Part shown: positions 39,488-50,595 of the stretch, piece after piece | Layout of the letters: every line of letters begins with the position of its first letter | Numbering within the stretch: position 1 is the stretch's first letter | From: an uncultured delta proteobacterium | GTDB lineage: Bacteria; Desulfobacterota; Syntrophorhabdia; Syntrophorhabdales; WCHB1-27 | Assembly: GCA_963749525.1 (NCBI GenBank) | Contig: CAVVNC010000011.1 | Span: 5,450 to 69,449, forward strand | Length of the DNA: 64,000 nt | Reading direction: 5' to 3' | Notes under the pieces: generated by a model | What the model was told of the DNA's origin: nothing | The model's database searches: none | The model's input: the letters and a program-made list of their open reading frames with translations, nothing else | Position numbers and translations under genes: made by a program

Positions 39488-42066
39488 GTGAGAGAAACGA
39501 GAGCGGGCAAAGGCGTGTTCTCCCTTGCCGGATCGGCGAAGGGCTGAAGAAGGCCGGCCGGGGAGCGCGCATCGTCGAGGCGACCGGGCCGGATGCTGAA
39601 GAGCGCTATCTCGCCCTCATCGAAAACGCTGCCGACGGTGTGGTGATGGTCGAAAACGGCGTGCACGTCTATGCCAATCGCAGGTTCGTCGATATGTTCG
39701 GGTTCGACGACGAGAAGGAGATCGTGGGCAAGCCCTTATCCGCGCTGGTCCACCCGGAGGATCTCGATCGGATCGCCGGGTACGTCGGCAGGGACCTCTC
39801 GGAGGAGGCACCCACGCGGCGGAAGAAAAGGGGAGCAGGGGCCCGGATCTACGAGTTCAGGGGAATAAGAAAAGACGGCAGCGTGATCCATCTCGAGGGC
39901 TCAGACACGGGGATTGCCTTCCGCGGCCGCGCAATGGCAATGTGCTTCGTCCGCGACATTACCCGCCGGAAGGAAACGGAAGAGGCGGCCCGGCGGCTGA
40001 ATAGCAAGCTTCAACGGATGATCCGGGAAAGGACTGCCCGCCTGGAATCGACCAGCAAGCTCCTGGAACAGGAAGTTGTGGAGCGGAGAAACGCCGAGGC
40101 TGCGCTGAAGGCCTCCGAGGCCCGGTACCGAGCCATCGTGCAGGACCAGTCGGAGCTCGTCTGCCGCTTCCGCCCGGATACCATGCTCACCTTCGTGAAT
40201 GACGCCTTCTGCCGATTCTTCGGATCGAGCCGCGACGCGCTGATGGGCCGGAGCTTCGTCCCCCTCCTGTTCGGGAAGACAGAGGCCGAGATGACCGGGG
40301 AGACCCTTGAGGATTTTATTCCCCGCACATCGACGTGGTCTGCCGAGACGCTCCTCGTGCAGCATGACGGCCAGGAGCGAATGCTCCAATGGACAGGGCG
40401 GGCCATACTCGACAGCGACGGAAAACCGGTGGAGTTCCAAGGGGTTGGAAGGGATATCACAGAGGCGAAGCTCGCGGAGGGGAAGCGCAGGGCCTTCGAG
40501 GCGGCTTTGCGGGAAAGCGAGGAGAAATTCCGCGTTCTTGCCGAAAACACCGCGGCAGGTGTCGTTATTTATCGGAATAACCGGCTGCTTTACACGAATC
40601 CCGCCATGTCGGCCATTACGGGCTTTACCCGCGACGAGCTCTCGAAGATGACGGTCCTCGACACCGTCGATCCTTCCTTGCGGGAAGAGGCGCGCAAGTG
40701 GTCGCGTGCCGTGGCCCGGGGAATGAGTTTCTCGACCAAGGTGGAAACGAAGCCTGTGACGAAGAGTGGGGAGGAGCGGTGGGCCGACGCGACGGCCGGT
40801 GAGGTAGTCATCGACAACAAGCCCGCTTTCGTCTGCACCCTTATCGACGTCACGGAGAGGAAGGTCGTCGAAAACGCACTTCGCCAGAGGGTCAAGGACA
40901 TCGAGAGACTGTACGAAACCTCCCGGGTCCTGCTCCAGCACATAGAGCTGGGGAGGATATACGAGGAAATTTGCAGGATCGGGGTGGAGCAGCTTGGCTT
41001 CCGGATGGTCTGGGTAGGCCTTCTGGAGAAAGGGGATTCCGGGGTGCGGCCGGTCGCGTTCCACGGCGATCGTGAGGAACGTTTCTTTGGCGAGTTTTCA
41101 GGCTTTGACCGTAACCCCATGACAAGGGGGTCCGTGAAGCAGGCCGTGGTCTCGATGCAGCCCTCGGTCACGAATTCCATCAAGTCCGACCGGGGTTTCG
41201 TGCCGTGGCGAAAGGCGACCCTTGAGAGGGGCTGCCGATCGTTCGCCGCCTTTCCGCTCATCTATGATGAAGAGGTCTTCGGCGTCGTAGCAGGGTATTC
41301 GCAAGACGAGGGCCACTTCACGGAAGAGCGCCTTCGTCTCTATCAGTCCTTCACGAACCTCGCCGCCAATGCCGTTGCCAACGCCCGTCTCTTGAGTTCC
41401 CTCTCGAGACAGCGCGATGAGATCAGGGCAATGGCGTCCCGCCTCGCGGACGTGGAGGAATCGGAAAGGAAGCAGCTCGCGAGAGAACTGCACGACAGGG
41501 TAGGTCAGAATCTGACCGCCCTGAGCATCAACTTGAACATTCTCGGCAGCCGGTCAAAGGGCCGCCGGCCGAAGGATCCCAGGATCGACGACTGCCTCTC
41601 CCTTCTCAGGGACATGACGGATTCGATCAGGAACGTCATGGGCCAGCTTCGCCCGGCTTTGCTCGATGAGTACGGATTGCTTGCCGCCTTGCGCGAATAC
41701 TGCGGCCGGTTTTCACGCCGGTTCGGCATAGAGGTAGAGGTTCAGGGTGACGGGTCGGGAACAGGGCTGCCGTCAGCGTCTGAAACCGCCATGTTTAGAA
41801 TAGCCCAGGAGGCTTTGAACAACATAGCGAAACACGCGCGGGCCGGAAGGGTCAGGGTGACGGTCACAGGCGACGGCAAAGCCGTGAGGATGGTCGTTTC
41901 CGACGATGGGGACGGTTTCGTGGTCGATGGGGCATTCGATCCTGCCTCGCGGCGTGGCTGGGGGATCACGACCATGACGGAAAGGGCCGAGGCCATAGGC
42001 GGGTTCTGCCGCATCGATTCGGCGCCGGGTAAGGGTACGGTGGTAACCGTGGAGGTCCCGCGATGA
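39488..42066 (+). CDS. PAS-PAS-PAS-GAF histidine kinase (HisKA_3/NarX type); start uncertain, possible 5' frameshift
   Basis: ERKQLARELHDRVGQ, FRIAQEALNN, DDGDGF; frame is open upstream of 39640 (AEERYLALIENAADG). Confidence 0.88.
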
Positions 42067-42717
42067 CCATCAGCGTGCTTCTGGCCGACGATCACCGGGT
42101 GGTAAGGGAGGGTCTGCGGGCGTTGCTCGAGCGGAACCACGATATCAGCGTGGTGGCTGAGGCGTCTGACGGACAGGAGGCGGTGAAGCTGGCTGCGACA
42201 GATCAAGCCGGATGTGGTCGTCATGGACATCTCCATGCCGGTCCTCAACGGCATCGAGGCGACCCAGCAGGTCATCGAGGCTTCGCCGTCTTCCAGGGTG
42301 ATCATACTCTCCATGTATTCCACCTCGGAGCACATCTTCAGGGCCTTCAAAGCGGGCGCACAGGGCTATCTCCTCAAAGAATCGGCAGGGTCCGACGTGG
42401 TGGCCGCGGTGAGGGCAGTCAAAGAAGGCAGGCGCTACCTGACCGAGAAGATCACGGAGACCGTTCTGGACGACTTCATCCATCGGCGCGCTTTAAGCGA
42501 ATCGGAAAGCCCGGTATCGAGGCTCAGCAAGAGAGAGCGCCATATTCTGCAGCTCGTGGTGGAAGGAAAATCGAGCAGCGACATAGGCAGGCAGCTCTTT
42601 CTCTCGCCCAAGACCATAGACACCTACAGAAGCCGCATCATGCACAAGCTCTCCATCAACGATGTTCCCGGCCTCGTAAAATTCGCCCTGCAGCACGGAC
42701 TGACAGCCCTGGAATAA
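42063..42717 (+). CDS. NarL/LuxR-family response regulator, frameshift near 42198
   Basis: VLLADDH N-terminus, then MDISMP and LSPKTIDTYR HTH in a shifted frame; ATGA overlap with the kinase. Confidence 0.9.
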
Positions 42718-42741
42718 GACTCACGCACCTAAGGAGGCAAC

Positions 42742-43890
42742 ATGTTCCGACTCACCCCCGAGCAGAAGGACATCAAACAGGCGGCACGAGAGTTTGCCGA
42801 GAAGGAGTTCACCGACGTCGCCCGCGAGCTGGACGATAATGAGCGCTTCGATGACAGCTTATGGAAAAAGACCGCCGAGAACGGCTTCCTCGGCGTCTTT
42901 ATCCCTGAAGAATATGGCGGTCCGGGTCTCGGTCACTTCGAGCAGTGCCTCATCATCGAAGAGTTCGCCCGGGTGGATGGCGGCATCGCCCAGAGCATGG
43001 TTGCGTGCTACTTCGGGACCCAGATGATCAAGCTCTTCGGGACCGAGGCCCAGAAGCAGAAGTACCTTCCCCCCATCTGCAACGGTACATGGAGGGCAGG
43101 CATGGCGTCCACGGAGCCTGACGCGGGAAGCGATGTCGCCGCCATCGCCACGACTGCGGAGAAGGACGGCGCCGACTACGTCATCAACGGGACGAAGATG
43201 TTCATCACCAACGCGAACATAGGCAACTACCTCGTCGTCCTCTGTCTTACGGACCCGAAGAACCCGAAGACCCACAACCGGATGAGCACCATCATAGTGG
43301 AGACGGACAGGCCCGGCTACGAAGCCTCTAAGCTCCACGGCAAGCTCTCCATCCGCTGCTCCGATACGGGGGAGATCGCCTTCAAAGACCTCCGCGTCCC
43401 TCAGGAGAACCTCATCGGCCAGGAGGGGAAGGGCTTCTACCAGCTCATGGAGTTCTTCAACCGCGCCCGCCTCGACGGCGGGGGCGCCCTCGCCGTCGGC
43501 ACTGCCCAGGGCGCCCTGGAGAAGGCCATCAGCCACGTCAAGAAAAGGAGGGCCTTCGGCGCCCCCCTCGCGAGCCTTCAGATCGTTCAGGCGAAGATCG
43601 CCGAAATGGCGACCCTTCTCGAGGCCGGACGAAGCCTCCTTTACCGCGCCGCCCTTTCCGTCGACGCGGGTGAGATAGATCCCGCGCTCGTGGCCATGGC
43701 GAAGTGGTACACCTGTGAGATCGCCGTGAAGGTGGCGGACGAGGCGATCCAGCTCCACGGCGGCTACGGCATCCTCAAGGAATACGGCGTCGAGCACTAT
43801 TGGCGCGACGCGAAGGTCTTCGAGATCTTCGAAGGCACGAAAGAGGTAGAGAAAGTCCTCATAGGGAAGAAGCTGCTGGGGAAGGGGTAG
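42742..43890 (+). CDS. Acyl-CoA dehydrogenase
   Basis: STEPDAGSD, NGTKMFITN, IQLHGGYG, IFEGT; AAGGAGG RBS. Confidence 0.95.
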   Translation: MFRLTPEQKDIKQAAREFAEKEFTDVARELDDNERFDDSLWKKTAENGFLGVFIPEEYGGPGLGHFEQCLIIEEFARVDGGIAQSMVACYFGTQMIKLFGTEAQKQKYLPPICNGTWRAGMASTEPDAGSDVAAIATTAEKDGADYVINGTKMFITNANIGNYLVVLCLTDPKNPKTHNRMSTIIVETDRPGYEASKLHGKLSIRCSDTGEIAFKDLRVPQENLIGQEGKGFYQLMEFFNRARLDGGGALAVGTAQGALEKAISHVKKRRAFGAPLASLQIVQAKIAEMATLLEAGRSLLYRAALSVDAGEIDPALVAMAKWYTCEIAVKVADEAIQLHGGYGILKEYGVEHYWRDAKVFEIFEGTKEVEKVLIGKKLLGKG

Positions 43891-43918
43891 CGGCGCGTGA
43901 AGCCTGTAGTGTCGCCCG

Positions 43919-44360
43919 GGTTTGGGCCGGCAAACAAGAGTCTGAACTGTCCAGAGACTGGAGGAGCGTACGAGAGTCCTTGCCCCCTACCGGCAGGCGG
44001 TCCCGTCCTCACCTCCTCGTGACTCGCCTCGCCAAAAGAAAAGCATCGCTCCTCATTCCAGTCCCTCACTCCCCCCAACCCCCACGCTAGACGCTAAGGG
44101 GGCTTCGTTAAACGTGTCCGGAATCGTCGCGAGCTTTTCTAATCCGTCCTCGGACTATGCACGACGAGATAAGGACGGGACCGCCGTGTGGGCATGCCCT
44201 ATCAATCCCACACTGCCGCGAAGCCCACATAAAGACTACCTTGTCTTTTCAAAATCTAGAGGCGGCCCTCCCGCCTGGTATACCGGCAGGCCGCCGATCG
44301 CGATCCCTCCATGCGGACCGGCCGGACTTGCATGTCGACCCGAAACCTTCTTCTCCGCCC
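43919..44360. mobile_element. Beta-type composite repeat without module B, inverted relative to 24441-25107
   Basis: 14-bp IR GGCGGTCCCGTCCT (43996) / AGGACGGGACCGCC (44185); colinear homology with 24441-25107. Confidence 0.85.
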
Positions 44361-44457
44361 GGGTCACACGATTTCCCTTCGGGCCGTGTCTGCGTTATAC
44401 TACCGATGGTGGACCCGTATGCGCCTTCGGAAAGAGGGAGGCGCAAAAGGGCCGGGA

Positions 44458-44498
44458 CACCAAGGGACGTCCACCAAGGGACGTCCACCAAAAGGACG
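44458..44498. repeat. 14-bp tandem repeat (about 3 copies) just upstream of a start codon
   Basis: CACCAAGGGACGTC twice, then CACCAAAAGGACG. Confidence 0.75.
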
Positions 44499-44505
44499 GC
44501 CGCGA

Positions 44506-46257
44506 ATGGGCAGAACCTCTTTGCTATCGGCAGTCTGCGCGCTCTTCCTTCTCTTCGCCGTATCGGAGGCGCACGGGGCAACGATCGCAGCGGGCCTGAG
44601 CCACACCCTCGCAATCAAGGCGGACGGCACCCTCTGGGCGTGGGGCGACAACACGAGCGGCGAGCTGGGTAGGACCGCCCGCCACCGTCGGCAGCACCCT
44701 GCTTTCCCCACAGGCGGATAGCTCCATCCTCCACGTGGACTGCCATTGCCGCAGGATCCGGTTTCACCATCGCAATCAATTCGGACGGCACTCGCTGGGC
44801 GTGGGGAGACAATTCCACCAGCCAGCTCGGGGACGGCTCGAATCACGTCACAGCACTTCCCCGAGCAGATAGCCCCATCCCTCACCTGGACGGCCGTCGC
44901 CGCGGGCTCGAGCTTCGCTGTGGGAATCGAGTCCGACGGCAGCCTCTGGGCGTGGGGCGACAACACGAGCGGCCAATTGGGGATAGGTGTCATCGGCGGG
45001 AGCTCCCTCCTCCCCCAGCACGAAGTTCAGGCCTTCACGTGGAATGCCGTTACCGCTGGGTCGAACTTCGTTGTCGCAATCAAGTCGGACGGCACCCTCT
45101 GGGCGTGGGGCGACAACACGAGCAGCCAGTTGGGCAGGGGTGCGGGCCCTGGGAGTTCGTTTCCCGTGCAGGTAAGCACGGACTCGACCTGGACCGCGGT
45201 CACCGCGGGAAAGGATTTTGCCCTGGCCTTGAAGTCTGATAACACCCTCTGGGCCTGGGGGAACAACGCAAGCGGCCAGTTGGGAGACGGCTCGACCACG
45301 ACACAGACCTCCCCCGAGCAGATAGTTCCATCCTTCACGTGGATCGCCGTTGCCGCGGGCTCGAATTTCACCGTGGCCCTCCGGGCAGACGGCAGCCTCT
45401 GGGCGTGGGGAGACAATTCCAACGGCCAGCTCGGGATCGGGAGCACGATCGGGAGCGCCTCTCCGGTGCAGGTGCCCTTGCTTGGCTGGACCGCCGTTGC
45501 TGCAGGCTCGAATTTCACCGTGTCCCTCCGGGCAGACGGCACCCTCTGGGCGTGGGGGAACAACGGAAGCGGGCAGCTCGGGGACGGCTCAACCACAATG
45601 AGGACATCCCCTGAGCAGATCTTGACCGGCTTCCCCGTATCTCCGGCGGTCATGTCGGTGATTCCCGCAAGCGGCGCCCGCAATGTCAACACGAATACGA
45701 CGATTCAGGCCACTTTCAGCGAGGCCATGGACCCCACGACTATAACGACTGCCACCTTCTCGCTCAGCGGCAACGTGACAGGAACGGTCGCGTACGATCC
45801 GTCGACGAATAAGGCCACCTTCACCCCCACAGGGCACTTGAGCAACCTAACGATGTACACGGCGACGATCACGACCGACGTGAGGGACCTTTCAGGCAAC
45901 AGCCTGCCGGCAAACTTCGCGTGGAGCTTCACCACGGAGCAAAAGAGCAGCCACTGTTTCATCGCCACAGCCGCCTATGGGTCGTATCTCGACCCCAGGG
46001 TCGAGGGCCTGAGGGTCTTCAGGGACAGATACCTCATGACGAACATGGCCGGGAGGTATTTCGTGGACCGCTACTACCGATACTCGCCTCCCCTCGCGGC
46101 CGTGATCGCGCGCCACGAGGCCTTGAGGAGCGTGACGCGGTGGGCGTTGACGCCGCTCGTCTTCGGGGTAATGCACCCGGCCCTCTTCGGCCTTGTTCTG
46201 CTATGCCTGGCGGCTCTCTCTGCGGCAGCGCTCAAACGGGTGGGCCGCCTCAGGTGA
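44506..46257 (+). CDS. Secreted RCC1-repeat protein with Ig-like (Big_5) and CFI-box-CTERM domains; frameshifts near 44690 and 44840
   Basis: Signal peptide; repeated [14 protein letters not shown]; FSEAMDP..WSFTT; [11 protein letters not shown]...LRVFRDRYL...YYRYSPP; C-terminal TM with basic tail. Confidence 0.88.
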
Positions 46258-46269
46258 GGCCGCCGCCGA

Positions 46270-46710
46270 TTAGGGAACCATGACCCGGTCAGGCTCTTTC
46301 CACTGAGGCGCGAAGATCTGAATGACGATCAAGTCCGAGCTGCCCGTATTCTTCACTGAATGTATCTTGCCCGCCCCATTGAAGTGGACGGTGCCCGGCT
46401 TGATCTCGACGACGTTGCCGTCTATCACCATCTGCCCGTTGCCTTCTATCACGTAGACGGTCTCCGAATGGGTCTTGTGAAAATGGGGCTTTACCTCGAC
46501 CCCCGGGGTGAACCTTCCTATGAAGACGCTCGCTGTCTCGTCCTCGCCCACCTTGATGGTCTGCGCCTTGTCCCCCGCTGGCAGAGGATTGGCCTTGAGG
46601 ATGTCGGCGTAGTTGACGACGGCCTGGCTTAAGGGATCGGCCGCGCCGGCAAAAGGAACAAAGGCGAAGAGGAGAAGCACCAGGGTTCCGCAGAAAACCG
46701 CCTTTCTCAT
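46270..46710 (-). CDS. Exported cupin-2 domain protein
   Basis: Signal peptide MRKAVF..AGA; PHFHKTHSETVYVIEG; HSVKN. Confidence 0.85.
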   Translation of the reverse strand: MRKAVFCGTLVLLLFAFVPFAGAADPLSQAVVNYADILKANPLPAGDKAQTIKVGEDETASVFIGRFTPGVEVKPHFHKTHSETVYVIEGNGQMVIDGNVVEIKPGTVHFNGAGKIHSVKNTGSSDLIVIQIFAPQWKEPDRVMVP

Positions 46711-47002
46711 TGATTTCACCATCCACCTCCAGACTCGATATGCGATGCAACCGGAAAACCGGTTCTTCCCGTACAGGCGGCCTTCGCCGTTTTCGCCTTC
46801 GCGAAGCGCTGTCATCGGCGCAAGTGCCCTGCCGATATCAGCCTACAGGTGATCATACAAGTACGCACAATAGCTGTCAAGAGAATCGCCGGCTCCGGTA
46901 TTGGTTGCGTTCCCCCAATTTCTGCTCATTTCCGGGGCCACGCTTGGCGATAAGCCGGATAAGCTAAAGGGACAGCTGACGAGTGGTCTACGGATCGGGC
47001 GA

Positions 47003-47415
47003 CTACTTGGGTTCCGTCGGATATTTGGCTTTGACCCAATCCTCCCAGGCGCCTCTCGGGGTGCTGCCCTTCAGGGAGTAAACTTTCTCCCAGCCTGCCT
47101 TCAGATATGCTTGTGTCAAACTGACACTCGTCGAATCGTTCACTCAGGCGCAATAGAGGACGATGGTCTTGTCTTTGGGATACTTGCTCATCCAGGAGGC
47201 GAATTTCATGCCCTCTTCTCTCACCGCCCCCGGGATCTTCACTTTGCTGTTATCCCAGTCATAGTTCGTGCGCACATCGATGATGACGACGTCGGGCTTC
47301 CCCAGCATGGGACGAAGCTTCTCCTTTGTCATCACATGCGCATCGTCCCCCCAGGCGACGCCGTACGCAAGGGCGATGAGCACCAGCACCACTGTTGATA
47401 CGACGTGTCTTTCAT
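47003..47415 (-). CDS. Exported rhodanese-domain selenoprotein (YCA-U); ATG at 47415 is one base out of frame in an A-run
   Basis: IIDVR..IPGA..IVLYCA-TGA(47146-47144), then 46 in-frame codons VNDSTS...VYSLKG..WEDWVKAKYPTEPK-TAG that complete the rhodanese fold. Confidence 0.88.
47113..47143 (-). promoter_or_regulatory. Bacterial SECIS-like hairpin
   Basis: 16 nt after UGA: GUGUCA-GUU-UGACAC stem-loop with GU at the start of the loop. Confidence 0.75.
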
Positions 47416-47594
47416 AAGCACACCCCTTTCCTTTTGTTTTTACCCTCTGCGATAAGCTTGGGTCTTCATTGGGCTCGCTTTTTCGGGGCCCCCGTCGAAT
47501 GGATCGCGAAACAAAGCCACGGAAGTGAGACGGCCATTGATGGAGTATAATCTCGGCCGTAATCTTTCGCATGGCCTGCCTTCTCTGGGGCCCC

Positions 47595-48398
47595 TTAGTC
47601 CGAATAGAAGCCGGTAAAGGGATTCCCGCTGCCGACGCTCTCCTCTTTTGCCTTGGCTTCTATGCCTTCCAGTATCTTCTTCTCCTCCTTCATCCAGGGG
47701 TTTCTGCCCATGGTCCACGCCGGGAGAACGAACTTCATCTCTTTGAGGTTTTCCGCAACGGTGGGGATCCAGTTCCAGGGCACCGATACTATCACTAATC
47801 CGGGGGGATAGACCTCCCTTGACCTCATGCCGAAACTCAGGCCCGTCACCACATAGTTGACCTTCTGCGCGAGAATGGGATAGGTGTAGAGCCAAGAGCA
47901 CTGGAAGACGGTGGTTGCCTTGGACTCGTACATTTCTCCGGTCGAATAGGTCATGGCCCGCAAGACGATCTCCGCCTGGTCTGCCCGGCCGACAAAGACC
48001 AGAAGGTCCGGCTCGAAGGCCAGCTTGTCGAGCCTCGAGAATACCGCATAGTTGACCTGGCCGGGCTTGAAGGTTTTGTAGTGAGAGATGCACTGCCTAT
48101 TGGCGCGGGCGTTCTGGAAGATGTCCATTCTTTCTCCGATCTCCCCTCCTTCACCCCAGGCCGGACCGTCCATCATGCCCAGGGCGCATTTCCCTGCGCA
48201 GTCCTCATTATCCCTGGATATATAGAAGGGCTTCTCCCTCGCTTGAGCTTCCTTGACCATCTCGCATAAGGCGAGGGTCTTGTCGAGCTGCTCCACGCCA
48301 ACCGGTCTGAAGAACTCATAGTTGATGGCGACCGGCGCCCTTTCCAGCTCCAGTTTGTTGAAGATTGAGAGATCCTGCTTAAGCGGTCGTAGCGACAT
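47595..48398 (-). CDS. DUF169 family protein
   Basis: PVAI..LCEMVKEA..CAG..LG, PDLLVF, CSWL, GLSFGMR pattern; AAGGAGG RBS. Confidence 0.8.
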   Translation of the reverse strand: MSLRPLKQDLSIFNKLELERAPVAINYEFFRPVGVEQLDKTLALCEMVKEAQAREKPFYISRDNEDCAGKCALGMMDGPAWGEGGEIGERMDIFQNARANRQCISHYKTFKPGQVNYAVFSRLDKLAFEPDLLVFVGRADQAEIVLRAMTYSTGEMYESKATTVFQCSWLYTYPILAQKVNYVVTGLSFGMRSREVYPPGLVIVSVPWNWIPTVAENLKEMKFVLPAWTMGRNPWMKEEKKILEGIEAKAKEESVGSGNPFTGFYSD

Positions 48399-48509
48399 AG
48401 ATGCTCCTCCTTTGTCTCTTTAGCTCTGCGACTCCTCTCGATATGCGAGAACGAGGATTGCTCCCTCGATTGTAGTAGAGCCGGAGAGGAACGTCAAGAC
48501 CCCCGGCGA

Positions 48510-48794
48510 TGAGACCAAGCACACTTGGGAAGAGTCTCGGGAAGGCGGGCGGTCACGCATTACCTCCTCGTGACTCACCGAGCCGAGAGAAAAGCATCGC
48601 TCCTCATTTAAGTCCCTCACTCCCCCCATCCCCCACGCTGACGCTAAGGGGGCTTCGTTATTCGTGCCGGATTCGTCGCGAGCTTTTCTAATCAGTTCTC
48701 GGCAATGCACGAGTCGGCAATGCGCGTCCGCCCTTTGTCCTGCCCGTTCGATATGGAGGTGAGTGAGGTATGGTTTCGAAATGCAGTAGCCTCG
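48510..48794. mobile_element. Alpha-type nested repeat without module B
   Basis: Degenerate outer ends; IR GGGCGGTCACGCATT (48547) / AATGCGCGTCCGCCC (48733). Confidence 0.8.
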
Positions 48795-48900
48795 GCCCGT
48801 CACGGGAAGTGTTCTCGAATGAGCCTTTGGCGCCAGCCACTGCCGAGGCGCGGGAGGCAGACCTCATCCCCCCAAAAGGCCAAGGTTTTTGGTTAGCTAG

Positions 48901-50582
48901 TGTCCATCCGGAAACCCCAATGCCTTGAAATACCTCGCAAAGAGCCGACAATTCGCTGTCGTTTTCCTCGCCCTGCATGATAGACTATGCCCGCAGTTGC
49001 TTGGTAGCACTGGAAATAACGCTCGCGAGGACATCAAAAATGCGATACAAGTTCAACTCCCAGATGAACCTCTTCTCCCCCATCATGAGAAGCTCGATCG
49101 TGAAGGAGCTCAAAGGCATCTCCGACATCCTCGATGCCACGCCTTCGGTTATGGATCGTGTGTTCAAGGACCTCACCACGGCACGTCGCTCCGATACCGG
49201 CAGGGAGGGAATGACCGCCGAGCAGGTGCTCCGCTGCGCCATCCTCAAGCAGTACCGGGAGTTGACATACGAAGAGCTCGCCTTCCATCTGGAGGACTCG
49301 GATGCCTTCAGGGGCTTTGCCCGGCTCGAGATGGGCCAGTACCCTTCGAAGTCTGTCCTCCAGGAGAACATCAAGGGTATCACCGAAGAGACGTGGGAGG
49401 CCATCCACCGGGACGTCCTGGAGTATGCCGCGAGGGAGAACATAGAGAAAGGCAGAACGATAAGGGTTGACGCAACCGCGGTGGAGACCGACATCCACCA
49501 TCCCACCGATTCGACCCTCCTTGCCGACGGCGTCCGCATCATCACCCGGTGGCTCACCGAGGGCAAGGAACTCGTCCCCCAGCCCCGCTATGAGTTCAGC
49601 GACCACCAGCGAGTGGTAAAGAAGCGGGTCATGGCGATCCTCAACGCCAAGAAGGACGAGGTACGCCAGAGGGCCTATCGGGACCTCCTCCACTATGCAC
49701 ATCTGGTCAAGGGCTACGCCGAATCCGCCATCCCCAAGCTTACCGGCTACGAGGGCCGTACCCTCGAAGACACCTTCACCGGCCGGGAGCTCGCCCGGAG
49801 GCTCATCCGCGCCATACGCATCCTCGGCAAGGTCATTGATCAAACCGATCGGCGCGTCTTCAAGGGAGAGAGCGTCCCCGCCTCGGAGAAGATCGTCTCC
49901 TTCTTCGAGGACCACACCGACATCATCGTCAAGAAGAGACGGGATACCGAATACGGGCATAAGGTCTTTCTCTCCGGCGGTGCCTCTACCATGATCCTCG
50001 GCTGTCTCATCGTGCGGGGCAACCCCGCTGACACCGATCAATACCAATCCCTCCTTGGACAGCACAAGGCCTGGTACGGCCGCATGCCCCAACAGGTAAG
50101 CGCGGACGGCGGCTTCGCCTCGAAGGAGAACCTTGCCTTCGCCACAGAACACCGCATCAAGGACGCGGTCTTTGCGAAGAAGCGGGGCCTCTCCGTCTCC
50201 GACATGGCGAAGAGCACCTGGGTATACAAGAAGCTCCGGAACTTCCGGGCAGGCATCGAAGCAGGCATCTCCACCCTCAAGCGTGCCTTCGGCCTCGACC
50301 GCTGCACGTGGTCGGGATGGGAGGGGTTCAAGCGGTATGTCTTGAGCTCCATCGTCTCCTACAACCTTCTGGTGCTCGCTCGGATCAAACTGGCCTCGGC
50401 CTGATCCCTGTTCGCGGCAGGCATTGTCCACACACGATGGGAGAGCTGCCTCTTGAGTTCGGTATGAATGGCATGCTGACGCAGATTCGCGGCTCGAGCG
50501 AGCGGCACCCGAGGCGTCATCGTCATCCTATCCGGAGAATGCCCGCCTCGGGTACTTCAAAACAAGGGTTTCCGGATGGACA
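48901..50582 (+). mobile_element. Complete insertion sequence (ISNCY/IS5-like DDE), 1682 bp
   Basis: Perfect 17-bp TIR TGTCCATCCGGAAACCC / GGGTTTCCGGATGGACA; CTAG at 48897-48900 and 50583-50586. Confidence 0.95.
49040..50404 (+). CDS. DDE transposase
   Basis: RVDAT..IHHPTDS, SADGGF, RAGIEAGISTLKR, SYNL. Confidence 0.95.
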   Translation: MRYKFNSQMNLFSPIMRSSIVKELKGISDILDATPSVMDRVFKDLTTARRSDTGREGMTAEQVLRCAILKQYRELTYEELAFHLEDSDAFRGFARLEMGQYPSKSVLQENIKGITEETWEAIHRDVLEYAARENIEKGRTIRVDATAVETDIHHPTDSTLLADGVRIITRWLTEGKELVPQPRYEFSDHQRVVKKRVMAILNAKKDEVRQRAYRDLLHYAHLVKGYAESAIPKLTGYEGRTLEDTFTGRELARRLIRAIRILGKVIDQTDRRVFKGESVPASEKIVSFFEDHTDIIVKKRRDTEYGHKVFLSGGASTMILGCLIVRGNPADTDQYQSLLGQHKAWYGRMPQQVSADGGFASKENLAFATEHRIKDAVFAKKRGLSVSDMAKSTWVYKKLRNFRAGIEAGISTLKRAFGLDRCTWSGWEGFKRYVLSSIVSYNLLVLARIKLASA

Positions 50583-50595
50583 CTAGTTACCGGAC

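Noticed and set aside
33998-39666. Long antisense ORFs (641, 681 and 554 aa)
   Set aside because: Shadow frames of GC-rich genes with clear motifs on the plus strand
44157-44350. Recurrent ORF MHDEIRTGPPCGHALSIPHCREA... (also near 19553, 24648 and 55132)
   Set aside because: Translation of non-coding repeat modules; starts, ends and frames differ between copies
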